A stretch of 64,000 bases of DNA from Podarcis erhardii (taxonomy: Eukaryota). The stretch lies in NCBI GenBank assembly GCA_964252035.1, contig OZ176202.1. One strand, written 5' to 3'. Shown here piece by piece: positions 37,401 to 50,427 of this stretch (within the stretch, counting starts at the first letter, position 1; each line of letters starts with the position of its first letter). The position numbers and the translations under genes were made by a program. The notes beneath the pieces were generated by a model. It was not told the DNA's origin. It made no database searches and worked only from the letters and a program-made list of their open reading frames with translations.

Positions 37401-39032
37401 TTCTGCACCTCTTGCAAACAAAGCTGCATGACCGCCCAAAAACATTTGCTGCCAAAAATAGCACTGAAAGTCATGGCCCGGTGTAACTGCCCTGGTAACC
37501 TCTTGAGCACAACTCATGATGAACGTGCAACGAAAAGGATGTCTGGAGGTCCCGAAGCAGCATTCAGCCCAGCCTCGTGTTTGTCTTCAGTTTCACCTTT
37601 GCCAAGAATCCCAACTTCCACAGCTGAATTCCTAATAATCTTTTCTCATTCCACGAGGAAGAAGTGCAGCTGCCAGGACATGTGAACACAAGCAAGCTGG
37701 TTGGAACCAACAGTAGCTGAACATTGGGGTTTTCCAAAGTGGCAAGCCCTGCGGGTCACATGCAGCAGTTATTGGGCACCATTGAAAGGGATCAAATTTC
37801 CAGGTGCCCAGTGCCTTTTTGGATTTTCTGTCACCAAAAGCTTTTGAGCAGGCCTTGCAGGGTAGTGCATCTCTACACTCTAAGCACTTGAATGTCGCAA
37901 AACATTGGCTTTCAGTGAAGCCCAACAGATTTATTTCACCAAAGACTATTTCTGATTTCATGTAAGAGACTCGAGACACACTTTTTACTCATTTGTATGG
38001 CAGTTTGAATTTAGTTCTTGATTTCATTTATAGCTGTCTTCTGTGGAACTCACGCCATGAGGTTCCTAAGACTATGTAGTCCCAAATGCATCCACTGACC
38101 AGACTCAGAGCTGCTTAGCAAACACACAGAGCCAGATGTCTCATTAGGCAGACTCCATCAGATGGTGGAGGTGGCAAGGCATCGGAAGATGGAGCTGAAT
38201 GTGCCATGTGGTCTGCCCTCCACCCCATCACCCAGTCTGCTGCTTTCATCTGGTCATTTACTGCATGTGGAAGGAGGAGGCAGGGGTGGCACAGTTTATT
38301 TGTAAGCTGCCATTCCTTAGTCAAACCATACTCAAGGCAGCATACAAGATCAAAAGATTTTATGTATTTCCAGAAATATAACAGAAGTTAAGTAATCAGA
38401 AGCAATACATGGAAACTTGTCAGTAAGTATATGGTAAAATTAAACAATCCACACATAATTCATAGTAAGATCTATCAGTAAATATGCAAATATAACGACT
38501 AAGAGCATAAAAAGCATCTTCCTAAAGTAAATCTTGACCCCAACAAAAAACACCTAAGCAATACCCCAGGAGTCTATAGGCATCTTGAGAAGCAGAGCTC
38601 ACAGGGAAGCAGCTTTTGCAGCTGGAGTCAGACAGGGCCCTGCCTTTCCAAATCTGGTGGAAATAGGCCAGAAGAGCTGGTCTTGTAGGACTTGCAGCAA
38701 AGAGAGGAGCAGGACTAGAGCAAATGTGGTCTCTGGGCCAGATCTAGGAAGCAAAGTGTCTGCATCATGTAATGCCAGAACATGCCCAATTTTTTACAGC
38801 CTTTGGCTTACCTGTTTACAAGGACGCAATATTACTGTGCCCTCAACTGCTTGGTAAGTAACTGGCTGTCCAAGCTCAGCACACTGCCCATTGGACCGTA
38901 CCACATTAGGTTGCCTTATCAGTTACAGAAATTGGAAATAACATCTTGGCATCCGTCATGTTCAAAAGTGCCACTGGGTACCCCTCACTGACTAATTCAT
39001 CTATGGTCTACACAGAGCAGCAGCACCTATAC

Positions 39033-39146
39033 CAGTGATGACCAAACTTGGCCCTCCAGCTGTTTTGGGACTACAATTCCCATCATCCTTAGCTAACAGG
39101 ACCAGTGGTCAGGGATGATGGGAATTGTAGTCCCAAAACATCACTG
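39033..39146. mobile_element. hAT MITE with an internal deletion in the right arm
   Basis: cagtgatgaccaaacttggccctccagc...tcccaaaaca|tcactg; about 20 bp of the right arm is missing. Confidence 0.8.

Positions 39147-39198
<52 letters not shown>
39147..39198. repeat. (CA)n(TA)n microsatellite
   Basis: Read directly from the sequence. Confidence 0.95.
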
Positions 39199-39199
<1 letters not shown>

Positions 39200-40144
39200 A
39201 GCTTTGCAATATATCTGTGGCAAAGGTAGCTGTCTCAACAATCACACCCATTAATACATCACTGTGCACAATGGACCATCCGCTACGAGGTGTCGCCACC
39301 ATCACTCTGCTTCGTCTCGCTGGAATAAGAGCATGCTGCAAAAGAGATATGATGCCCGGGGGGGGGGGGGTGTATTTGTAAAAGGTAGGCTGGCAGGTAT
39401 TGATTTACTCTATGAACAAGAATTATTCCCAGGGTTATGGAGCGTTATAGCCCAGCCAAAGGCTGGTTACTAATTCATGCTCTAACAAATAAGCAGTTAA
39501 CAGATATAGCTGCTAATTAGTAAGCAGTTATTTCTATTATAAATGGCATTCAGTCGTAGAAAGGAGCAGTTAGCTTGCATCAGCAACGGGCGAGCAAGAG
39601 TTGACTGAATAGCTCTCACAAAATGACCAATTTCCCTTCAATGGAGGAGGTGGAGCACATAGGGTTTGTAGCTGAGACCGCTTTCTTTCTTTAAGCTGAC
39701 GGAAGGCTTAAATGATTTGCAAAAGCCCACATCTTAAATATTTTAATGTACTACACTTACAGGTACTGCTTGATAAAGGGGGGGGGGGTTGCACAGGAGG
39801 GGGGTGGATTTAAATTCTAATGTACTTCTAAAATCCCTTTTTGCCTTTGCAGTCTGCAATATGCAAACCAACTCCTGTGGTTGTTTCCTGTTGTTGGATT
39901 ACCAGTCATGACTTCTGTGAAGAAAACAAACCATGAATGCTGGTTCATGCAGCACAGTAAACCATGGCTTGTGCTTTGTTGTGCTTGGTTCCAGAAAGAA
40001 GAGGAACAGAACAGGAGAAATTTAGTAGTGTGCACTAGTACACAGCTTGTGATACAAGAATGGGTCCATTGCGGTTGCCTAAAACAGTAAAATAATAGCA
40101 TGTATGATAATAGGTATAGGCATTCCACATTGTAACTAGAAAGT

Positions 40145-40240
40145 TTTGAAGGCACATGTACAAAGAGGGCAGCCATAATGATCAAGAGGCTGGAGCAAGG
40201 AAAGGGTATTTAGTTTAGCAAAAAAGGGAAGGGGAGACCT
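40145..40240 (+). mobile_element. Old CR1 fragment
   Basis: aagagggcagccataatgatcaagaggctggagc resembles the CR1 RT C-terminal QRRATKMIRGLE coding region. Confidence 0.5.
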
Positions 40241-40341
40241 ACCTGCTGAGCGTCTGAGGGTCCTGCTCCAGCCTTTCTCCACCAGGCTGGGGGTGGGGCT
40301 GATAAGGACTGCTGCTACCCAGCAGAGAGTGCTGTTTACAT

Positions 40342-40473
40342 CAGGCATAGGCAAACTTGGCTCTCCAGATGTTTTGGGACTACAACTCCCATCATCCCTG
40401 ACCACTGGTCCTGTTAGGGATGATGGGAGTTGTAGTTCCAAAACTTCTGGAGGACCGAGTTTGCCTATGCCTG
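40342..40473. mobile_element. hAT MITE (fold-back)
   Basis: TIR caggcataggcaaact / agtttgcctatgcctg with an exact 8-bp TSD gtttacat. Confidence 0.93.
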
Positions 40474-40603
40474 GTTTACATTCTTTCAAACTGCTTTTTA
40501 ATTGTGGTTTGGTGTTTTTTTTTAAGTTAAATTTTTTTTGATGGTTTTTATGTGTGTGTGTTTTTGGGGTGGTGGTGGCATTTGACTGTTTCTATTTTGA
40601 TTC

Positions 40604-40778
40604 CCGTATTTAGTTGAATCTAATGCTCACCTTTTTTGGCCAAATTACGTTGCAAAAAGTAAGGTGCGCATTAGATTCAATGGCACATTTACATTCGCCA
40701 TTATGTTTTTGGTTTCAAGGTTCTGAAAATTGAGGTGCACATTAGATTTGATGGTGCATTGGACTCGAGCAAATATGG
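40604..40778. mobile_element. Tc2/pogo-like MITE, degenerate
   Basis: Ends ccgtatttagttgaatctaatgc / gcattggactcgagcaaatatgg with internal aggtgc(g/a)cattagatt repeats. Confidence 0.6.
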
Positions 40779-40837
40779 TTTGTATTTTGTGTTTTGTTTT
40801 GTTTTGTGAATACCAGAACACGGACTCATCCAATGAA

Positions 40838-40965
40838 ACTTATAAGTGGGAGATTCAGGACACAAAACATAAAGGACTTCTTCATACAGCACATAGTTAT
40901 AACTATGAAATTCACTTCTGCAATATATGGCAATGGTCACCAGCTTGGATGGTTTTTAAAGGGAA
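40838..40965 (+). mobile_element. CR1 3' region fragment
   Basis: gattcaggaca...cttcttcatacagcacatagtt...gcttggatggtttttaaaggg resembles CR1 ends. Confidence 0.6.
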
Positions 40966-40989
40966 TTTATTTCCTGCCTTTCATCTTAA

Positions 40990-41170
40990 AAACAACTTAC
41001 AATAAAAAAATAAGCTGGTTTTAAAAACATACACCTTGAGTATTTTAAAAGTTAGGGTAAAATGGAGGGTCTTCAGCATTGTCTGGTAGCTGTATAATGA
41101 AGGTGCCAGAGGCACAGCCCACAGCTTAGGGCCCTCCACAGATAATGCCCTTTGCCGGGCTGCCACCCCA
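40990..41170 (-). mobile_element. L2-type 3' fragment
   Basis: gtcttcagcattgtctgg...aatgaaggtgccag...gccctttgccgggctgccacc is similar to the 48211 copy. Confidence 0.5.
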
Positions 41171-44100
41171 TAGCCTCTAAGGATGGAGGGATGGGTAGCA
41201 GGATCAGAGGCACTGAATGCCACAGTGGTTGTGGTGGGGAACTATTAGCCTCGTGCCCTGCTTGTGAGTTTCCCATGAGTCTGGTTGGCCTTGGAGAGAG
41301 TGCTATATGCTAAGCAGAAAAGGACAGAAGGAAGGAATGGAAAGTGAAACAACATGTCCACAAAACTTACTGAAGTGGGGAAGTGGCACAAAGCATTAGA
41401 ATCCCCCTTTCTATCCAAAAACAGGCACTTGGTGTTTGACTGTTTTCTAAGGAGCAGGGCGTCAGGTATTAATTTATTATATGCAATGTGATAACCAATA
41501 ACATGGGAATTAATTTTCACGATGCTTGCTGGATAGATTTTGCCATAGAAACTATTGCCTCTGGTCTTCAATTCTTACCTGTGGACTGGCTGCTACTAAC
41601 AAGCTTACTAACCTGGGTGAATAATAGAAAAAGGTGGAGGGGATGCACCAGTATTAATTGAAGTGTTTTTAAAGTAATTTGTTTTGACAGCATTTGTACA
41701 TAACTTCATGACTATCTACATGTTTTGGTTTCAAGGACAAAAATGACAGCAGAAAAGAAATTTAAAGGCTACACACACTTGCAGCAACCAACCCATTATA
41801 TTCAATCACATGAATATTTGTGTGAGAAGTATCTGTGTAGTCACCCAGAAAGGAAATGGAAATATCATGTGGACTTATGTTTCTTTATTACTCAACTGTG
41901 TCTTGTAAAAAGCAGACTGGGAGTGCACTGTTCATAATCTACCTGTAAGTTTTAACAAAACATTAATGGAATGATAAAAAATGTAGAGGGCTCTGGTCTG
42001 TTTGCAGATATTCTGGGAGGTGTAAAAATGACTACATTTGCTGGTAAGTTATGAATTATTTGCTCTGGTCTATCACTTTGTAGCACTTGTTAAATATTAT
42101 CTTTCAGTATTCCAATTGCAAAGTGAGACATTTCTTATAATTTTTCTTACACGTTTATAAAGAAACCGTTATCATGCCAGTTTCCACATGTTATAAACTA
42201 AAAAAAGGAAGGTTGTTGCTTTTTCTGCTGCTAATTTATATACAAAGAACATAGTCAAGCCAACCTCTGGTTGGGAACAAGTGCTTACTTGTGCTTACTT
42301 TGGTTTAAACCCAAACCCATTTTGCAAGTTTAAAGCCACTTCTTTATTTTAAATATAAATACTTTCCAGCACATTTTTGCATGATGTTGCTACAGCCTCT
42401 GGAACAGATGTGGTGTTCAAAGGGGAAATCGTTCATATATATTTCACAGTGTCACTGTGGGAAAGACGACTGATGAACTGGGAGATGCCAAGGTCCAGTT
42501 ACTATACTATTAATTTTCTTGTGCTGATGTTTCCAAGCTATAACCAAGGGCACTCCATCACTCTCTTTTCTTTCTCAGAGACAGTTGGATGAAGCTGCTA
42601 TCTATGTGCCCCAGCCATCTATTCATCTGACATTTCCATCACCTGTCTCTAGTATATTTCGCTCTCAGCATAATTCCCAAGATTCTATCAAATGGCTCTT
42701 AAATCTGATTTCTTTTTTTCTTTTGCAGGAACCCAAACACAGTTCAAAACAAAATCAGAAGCACTTAACCAAGCATCAGAGGGACATGTATTGAGTCCGC
42801 ACACTAGGGAGAGGTCGGGGAAAGAGTGTCTATATATGTGCTCCTATAATGCTGCCGCACAGCTCTGAACTCAGGTGCCAGTAATGTGTGAGAATTCTGA
42901 AAGGTCACAGAATAGTTGAGGAAAGAGAAAAGCAGAAAGCTCATCCTGAACTAGAGGCACCATGGAAGCAAAATGCACCGGGGAGATTAATGAACAAAGT
43001 CCTTGATGCACAGGACTAACCAGGACCATGGTTTGCTTTTTGTCCTTCAGCGCTCTGTTCCATATACGTCTTCCAGTGAAAGACTGATAATAATAGGCCG
43101 ATAATAGTACTGTACCGTTCTGAAGTGCTGGAATCAGCAACTGTTGTCAAATGAATATATAAATTCCTCATGTTTCTCCATGAAGTGACATCAGGGTGCT
43201 GGAATATCTTGCTCTCTGCTGAGTGCCACATTGGGTGTTAGCCCTTTAGCTCTCCCCATGTTTTTCCCAGCAAAGGGCAGCAGTGGAATATTAAGACTGA
43301 GAAGAGCTAGATTTGTCTCACAGGTTCTCACCTTGCTGTCTTGGGAGAATGCCGTGCATCTGTTTCTGTAACTTTTGCAAATGCATTTTACAGCATCATC
43401 TGTGTTTCATCTGTATTCTCTGCCTCTGGTTAATGCTTCTTCAGTACACAGAGTGTTTGCTTTGGAAATAGCCTAAGAAGAATGGGCCTGCTTCATCACC
43501 CTACCCTACATTGTTCACTCCTCATATTCTCATTGCTTATTACCTCTCAGTGAGAGGGGGAGCTTTCCAGCTGACCCCCCCCCCAAAAAAACCCTGGATT
43601 TTTGTTTTTAGCACTACATACGTGCAAAAAACAGTCCACCATCTATAGTGCCGTATCCCATCTGCATGCCATAGAGTCCTGACCCAGTTAAAGTGAGTTG
43701 TGACTAAGTTCGGTTCCGCAGAAAGCAGTGGGAGTTAGTCATGACAAACCTGTTCTGACAGTTTGAATGGGATTTAGTCACAATTAACTAGCGCGATCAG
43801 AACCTGAAGTGTGTGGCGCAGGGATGTAGCCATGCTGAAAAGGAGAGAGCCGTTTTTGTTTTTCAGTTCTCAGTAACTAGCTTAATGCTGCAGTGCTGTT
43901 TACGTTCCATCATGGAAGGCAGGCAGCTCAAAATAAAGATTGTTTTTAATTATTTCCAGTTAAAAGCTGTTTAGTTTTTATAGAACACTGTGCCAATATT
44001 AATATTAATATTGATACTAAAAAATGAGTATTCCAAATATGAAGTGTAGAATGTGGCTGAAGCAGCCACTTTTTGCCTTGACTTCTTGCAAGAACAGTGG

Positions 44101-44240
44101 TTCTGAAATACATAATTACTTTGTAATGCAAACCTGTCCTGCACATAATACTTGGTGACATTCCAAGATGGCTACCATTGTCTGTAAAAGTTCTTCTCTG
44201 GAATGGATTGCAATCTAAGCTGTGCTTTCACCTTTGGCAC

Positions 44241-44818
44241 TGTCAGGAACTGGAGTCAGGCCTATGTTAGCAATAAAATAATAAAGTGCTCGATTCTAGT
44301 GAAGTTAATTCTTTATTCAAAGAAATAAAACAGCTCAGTTCTGGTGGTCACAGCAACACTTCCCAGTCTTGCTCTGATGAAGCAGTTGCTGAAAGTCCCC
44401 ACCTTCCCACCACTCTCTTAGGCTCCACCCCTGGTTCCTTCTCCAACAGACTAAGGCTCGGTCATCTTGTCTCTCTTTGCTCTGCCCTCTTCATTTCTCT
44501 GCATGTTCAGGGAGAGAGGGGAGCTGGTCAAAGCAGGAGGGAGAGACTCTCTGGATTCTTTAGCAGCCTGTCTCATCTCTGTAACCCCCCTCCTCACCTG
44601 CCCCTGAGTTTGGACTGCTCTCTGCCACATCCTCTTCTTGCTCACTAAACCCTGTTGTGTCTTTCAGCACCACCTCCTCCCAGTCTGCCCCCTCTTCTAC
44701 TCTGACCACTCATCGTCATCCCACCACCAATTCCCTGGCTCTGAGCCTTCTTTTCCTGGGGGTTCCCTTGGGGGCTGCTGTCTCCCACTACTCCTGTGCA
44801 TTCAGCCAGTCTATGACA
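44241..44818 (-). mobile_element. Solo LTR, family A (Gypsy-like)
   Basis: TG..CA termini, near-TSD ggcac / agcac, AATAAA near the 3' end; homologous to 57279-57876. Confidence 0.8.
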
Positions 44819-45159
44819 AGCACCTTGCACACTTCAGGACCCTGAATAAAGATGTCATGCACCTGGAAACTACATTTCACTGGCCTTTCTTGTACCTTGG
44901 ATGTTGCTGAGCAGGAATCAAATTGCTAGCATGATTTCCAGTGATCTCATTAGTTTCCAGGATTCTTTGGGGGTAAGGCTTGACAGTTGAACTGCTGCAA
45001 AATTAATTGGGATGAAATCCAACAATATCCACCCGTCAGCAGACTAGACACTGTTGGCTGGATATATTTTCCCTCACCCTTGTATCGCCTCGCTCCTTCA
45101 CTACCCCAAAATCTGATCCAGTGTAAAAGATAAAAGTAAATGACCCCATGATGGTTAAC

Positions 45160-45491
45160 TCTAGTCAAAGGTGACTGTGGGGTTGTAGCACTCATCTAGC
45201 TTCAGGCCAAGGGAGCCAGCGTTTGTCCACAGACAGCTTTCCGGGTCATGTGGCCAGCAGGACTAAATTGCTTCTGGCGCAACGGAACACTTACGGAAGC
45301 CAGAGCTCACGGAAACCCCATTTACCTTCCCACCTATTTACTTGCACTGGTATGCTTTCTAACTGCTATGTTGGCAGGAGCTGGGACAGAGTAATGGGAG
45401 CTCACCCCATCGCACGGATTTGAACTGCCAACCTTCTGATCAGTAAGCCCAAGAGGCTCAGTTGTTTAGACCACAGCGCCACCCATGTCCC
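45160..45491 (-). mobile_element. Sauria SINE, diverged
   Basis: Reverse complement of gggacatgggtggcgctgtggtctaaac...gcaagtaaataggt... Confidence 0.88.
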
Positions 45492-46889
45492 TGTGCAAAT
45501 GGGGGGACAGGGATGCAGAGGGAGGAGAGAAAGATACCCTAAAAAAATGTAGGCGAGAAAGATGGAATGTGAGGCATGGGGGTGTCTGTCTGGACCCTTT
45601 CAGTTATTCCCAACAGTGGCTTTTGCACTCAAAAGCAAACCTTATGAATATTTGGCACACCACTAATTCAAATCCCTCCTTCCTCTTTTTGTCTGTTTTA
45701 GATGTGTGGCCTACATTGTCTCGAGGCCTGAGAGAAGATAATAATAGTAATTTTTCACCAACAGGGATATTTTTGTTGTGACACTGGAAAGTGAGCCGTA
45801 TAGATTGGTGGTGCTCCTGATCTATACAGACCTTGATTCTTTGCTCCTTTCCCAGCCCTGCCACAGTCAGCAGATGGCACGTCAGTTGCAATGCTGTTCA
45901 ATGTGTGCTGAATGATCAGAGCCCCCAGCGTGCTGCCTTGTTGGGGAGCGCAGAGCAGAGCTGCCTCCTGAAGCAGATGGCTTCAGCCCGAGCTACAAGC
46001 TCTGATAGCGGCATCACTGTAAGAAGTCTGCACAGTTTGAGCTGCGTCTGGTAAGGCATCCAGAATCCACCTCACAACAGGAAACAGGTGGCACCGACTA
46101 GTGCAAAGACCACCGGTGGAGAACAGTGCAGTGCCGACTGTTCACGTCTGGCCCGATAAAGGAGATCCTTGAGACTCACATTATAAAGCCGCTTCTAAGT
46201 GGAGGGGGAGTCTAGAGTTAAAGCTCTAATACTTTGTGCAGCGAGAATAAGAATCAGTGGGATCAACAGGTGCACAATGGATATTTTCAAGGGAGAACTG
46301 GTAGTGCCATCTCCCGTGCATTCTGAATGTATATTGTTCCTGGGAAGGGAAGGGCATCATTTGCAGTGAAGGCTGATGCCCATTGGGGCTGGCAGTGCAG
46401 AAAACAGGCCGACTGGAAGGGGAGCCAGCTGATTCTAATTTTGACTCTCATCTTCCTTGCTGAGTTCTGCCGTGCAAACACTGAGGCTGAGGAAGAGGAA
46501 GCTGTCAGTCAATGCCACCCCCTGGACAGGTTGCAGGTAACAAGGTGGGCTGGCTGAGGGCAAACTGAGCTTGGTGGGGCAGTGCCTCATTCAGCCTAAT
46601 GGGTCAGCCTTCACTGATCTTTATTTTATATTATATTATTTTCGAATCACTTTTAAGGGTGCAAACCCTCTCAAGATAACTTACTGAATAAAATAAAGTA
46701 GAACCACCCCTACAACTGGTGAAATCCCAATGAAAGAAAACCCTTGCTCAAAAATGCCAAAATCAAATACATAAATGCAACTAGAAGCTATAAGCATTAA
46801 GATAAAGCCAAAGAAATCAAATGGTCCCCCCCCCCCCGGCAGATAGAGGAAAAATCCAATTCTGTACACATTTAAAGCAGAATCTTATC

Positions 46890-47240
46890 AAGTTGACACG
46901 TTCGAAAACAAAGTGTAAACTGCAGCACAGCTATCCTTCAAAATTCACACTTACCTGAACTGCGCAGTGAAGTTCTCCAACCAACCGATGCTTACAGAAA
47001 TGCTTGACTAGGGGAAAGTGTGCATTAAAAATGAAGATATTATTGAAAACAATATACAAAAATGCATTAGATTAGGGAAAATTACTTTGCAAAAAATGTG
47101 TGCATGAGGCAAACTTGGATACAAAAATTTGTTTATTAAGAGAAATCCGCACTAAGACGCTGACAAATTTCCATGAGGATTTTGCTGCAAAATGTTGAGA
47201 GCTGAATTTAAGACTGGAAAAATGAGAAGTGGAAAGAATT
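46890..47240. repeat. Unclassified AT-rich lizard interspersed repeat
   Basis: Subrepeats aaaaatg(c/t)..attag / caaaaaatgtgtgcatgaggcaaa; recognised from recollection only. Confidence 0.4.
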
Positions 47241-47789
47241 AAAATCGACAGGTCTTTCCACCCCAACCCGCCCTGTCTGCAATCCTGCAAGCCCAACAGA
47301 CTCAGGTGGCAATGCATTCCAAACGCTTGTGGAAGCTACATGCTAAAGATGGGCAGCCGTGATCCTAGGCCCTGCTGTGCCTTGGGGGGAAAGGCGACTA
47401 GAATAAAAGTGCTGGACCAGATAGCTGATTCTCATGTTCTTATAAGTACATAGTCTGATTCTCATGTTCTTATAAGAAGCACTCAGTGCAGCTAGTGCAC
47501 AGAAGCGCACCTGTGTAACTGGAATACAAATTGGTTGGCTGAGCAGCTATCTTGATGAGAGAAAATAAAGAGCCAAGAAAAAAAGGGTGTTGGGCAGAAT
47601 GAAAGAAATGCAGGTTGTAGTGCAGGTTGGGACCTTTGAAGAAGGTTGCTGTCTTTAAGTCCTTTTACATATCTGCTTTGTGTGGGCGCTCCCAGGGTTA
47701 ATTTCTTAAGTGCAAAATTAGCATGGTAATGATTAGCGGGTTAGCAGCTAAGGTGTATATTTGTCTGCTATGCAAGCAGAGACATCTAG

Positions 47790-48210
47790 TTGTCCACCGC
47801 CCAAGTCTCATACTGACTCCTGAGATCTTCTTGATTTCATGCAAGAACTTGCAGGAGAAGCTCCTCCACAGACCCCAGTGGCCTCCTGGGCATGTAAGCA
47901 GTAAGGCAGCTTCTCAAGTCCCCTGGTCCTGAGATGCATAGGGCCATATATTTTAGCCTCAACACCTTGAACTCGGCCTGGTAGCAGATTGGCAGCCAAT
48001 GCACATTCTGCAAGCAAGGTGTTATCTGCTCTTGGTAGTTTGCTCCCACAAGCAACTTAGCCACCACATTCTGAACCAGTTGTAGTCTCTAGGCCAACCT
48101 CAAGGGTGTCCCCATGTACAACACACTGCAGTAGTCCAGCCTTGAGGTCACTAATGCATGGACAATGATGACCAAGTTTTCCTGATCTGGGAATAGGCAT
48201 ATTATTAGTA
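47790..48210 (-). mobile_element. L2 LINE RT C-terminal fragment
   Basis: Reads ITPCLQNVHWLPICYQAEFKV...GPGDLRSCL, the L2 LHWLPV motif. Confidence 0.8.
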
Positions 48211-48790
48211 TTAGTATTAGTATTATACCGTCCTTCATCCACCAATCTCAGAGTGGTTCACAACAATATACACAATATAATATACAATATAACAATATAC
48301 ACAACAATATACACAATATAATATACACTATAACAATATACACAACAATATACAATATAAAAACCACAATATGCATAGCAAAAATAAGAACAACTAACCA
48401 ATGAGCCTTCCTCCCACAACATATTTAAAAGGGCATCAGATGTTAATCAGCCTGGTTGAAGAGGAACGTTTTTGCCTGGCACCTAAAGGTATATAATGAA
48501 AGGGGCAGCCAAAGCTCTCTGGGGAGAGCATCTCACAAATGGGGAGCCACCTCAGAAAAGGCCCATTCTCATGTTGCCACCCTCCGGACTCTCATGAAGG
48601 AGGCACACAAAGAAGGGCCTCAGATGATAGTTGCATGTTCTAGGGTGCTTCATATGGAGAGAGGTGGTTCTTGAGGCATTGCGGTCCTGAGCTGTAACCA
48701 ACCAAATTTGGTAAAAGGCAGTCCTAGCCGCTAAGGACACTTGCACCTCCCACGACAGTGCTGGATCCAAGGGTACAAAACTCCGCAACT
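48211..48790 (-). mobile_element. L2 LINE 3' fragment with an internal AT-rich tandem repeat (48262-48360)
   Basis: (TATTAG)n tail, L2-like 3' UTR and LDPALSWEVQVSLAARTAFYQIWLV at the far end. Confidence 0.7.
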
Positions 48791-49309
48791 GCCCCACGTT
48801 TAGGGTATGACCTTATCCACAGCAAGGACCTGCTTTTAATTCCTTGTAGCTGTAGCATCAGTGGCTCTCCCCAGCAAGAATGTGCATTTTCTCCTCTGTT
48901 TCAGTTGTTCTTGATATCCTATTGTTCACATAGCAGAGGCTTGTTTTCCTTGGTAGGCAATTACTTTCCGTCTATACACAATGGAGCTGTCTCCTTGGGT
49001 GGTAGTCCTGTGAGACACAGTTACAAGCTATTTAACAATATTTATAATGCACTCATAATAGTGGTGTAGATTGTTTCAGAACACAGTCTCCCAGTGGGGG
49101 CAATGAGGGTATCCTACATAGTTTTCCATGTGGGAGATCACATTGCTCCAGCCCTACAAGTCTGTAGTGGCTAAGGTCTTTTTTAATGCACATACGATCC
49201 CACATTAAATCACTAAGCTTTATTCCTGCACATTTTTATGCTATTGCCCTATTATGCCCTAAGGGGAACCAAAACCTTTGAAGACGGGATACAGTTCTTA
49301 TTACAATAC

Positions 49310-49312
<3 letters not shown>

Positions 49313-49348
<36 letters not shown>
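49313..49348. repeat. (GA)n microsatellite
   Basis: Read directly from the sequence. Confidence 0.95.
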
Positions 49349-49351
<3 letters not shown>

Positions 49352-50054
49352 AAAACCCCACCTCCACCATGCATTCATTTTCAAAATGATTTCCAATTTC
49401 TGATTGACAACGAACATTAGTAATCCGTCAGACCACACATAAAATTCAAGTTCTATAATGCACAGATATTAATAGTCAAGGATGTGACGGATTTCACACT
49501 CCCTACATACCATCCCAATTATCCCCAGCAAGTTTAATAAAGTAATGCATATTTCATCACAACAACTCACCGTCCTCCACTCTATAAGAATGTTATTCAC
49601 TTTTTGGGGGGTGAGGGTGATCAGAGTTTAGATGGTTATACTGCGGTTGAATATGCAAGGAAATAAAATGAAGAAGTGCACTTTTAGCCAGGCCTTGTGC
49701 AAGGACAGCAGCTGTCACAGCAACTGGGGCCGGCCCTACCATTAAGTGGAGGGCGCCTGCTACCTCAGAAGGAAGATGCTGAGGGCAGGGAGAGGAGCAG
49801 GGAGAGCTATCTATGCCAAGCATCCCACTCTAGGCTACATCCACAGTATAATTTAAAACACTCTCATACCACTTTAACAGGCATGGCTTCCCCCAAAGAA
49901 GCCTGAAGTGGAATAAATTTTAATCAGAAATTAATGGGCCTTAATTTCAGTGGGTCAGCTCTGAGTAAATCTTACTTGAATACAAGCCCATGAACTGTAG
50001 TTTGTTGAAGGTGCTGGGAATTGTAGTTCTATATGGGGGCGTCCTCAGCATCCT

Positions 50055-50427
50055 TTTTTTAAAAAATTAGATTTTCAGATTTACAAACAAATAAAACAAT
50101 TTCCATAAATTCCTTTGGACTTCCCTCCTCCCCTTTTGTGGGTCCTTATGTTAACTTTTTCTCCTGCATCTTCTCTGCTAATCCAATTCTTATTAAATCT
50201 CCAATAAAACCATAGTCCAACGTTTAACTAACTACAAGCGTCATTCCAATCCTACTAATAATTTTAATTGTTTATGATGATTTTTAAAAATCATTTACAT
50301 ATTTTCCCCATTCCTTATTGAAATTTTGGTCTTCCTGGTTCCTAATTCTTCCGGCCAGTTTTGCCATTTCTGCATAGTCCATCAGTTTAATCTGCCATTC
50401 TTTTCTGGTAGGGGCTGTGCCTTCTCC
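50055..50427 (-). mobile_element. Short 5'-truncated L1
   Basis: Minus strand PTRKEWQIKLMDYAEMAKLAGRIRNQED aligns with the C-terminus of the 60-64 kb L1 ORF2. It has an A-rich tail and a 13-bp TSD tcctcagcatcct. Confidence 0.85.

Noticed and set aside
44663-44683. REST/RE1 site (ttcagcaccac...)
   Set aside because: Only the left half matches, the GGACAG half is absent, and it lies inside an LTR.
47425-47475. 22-bp direct duplication (ctgattctcatgttcttataag twice)
   Set aside because: It is a simple local tandem duplication with no sign of function.
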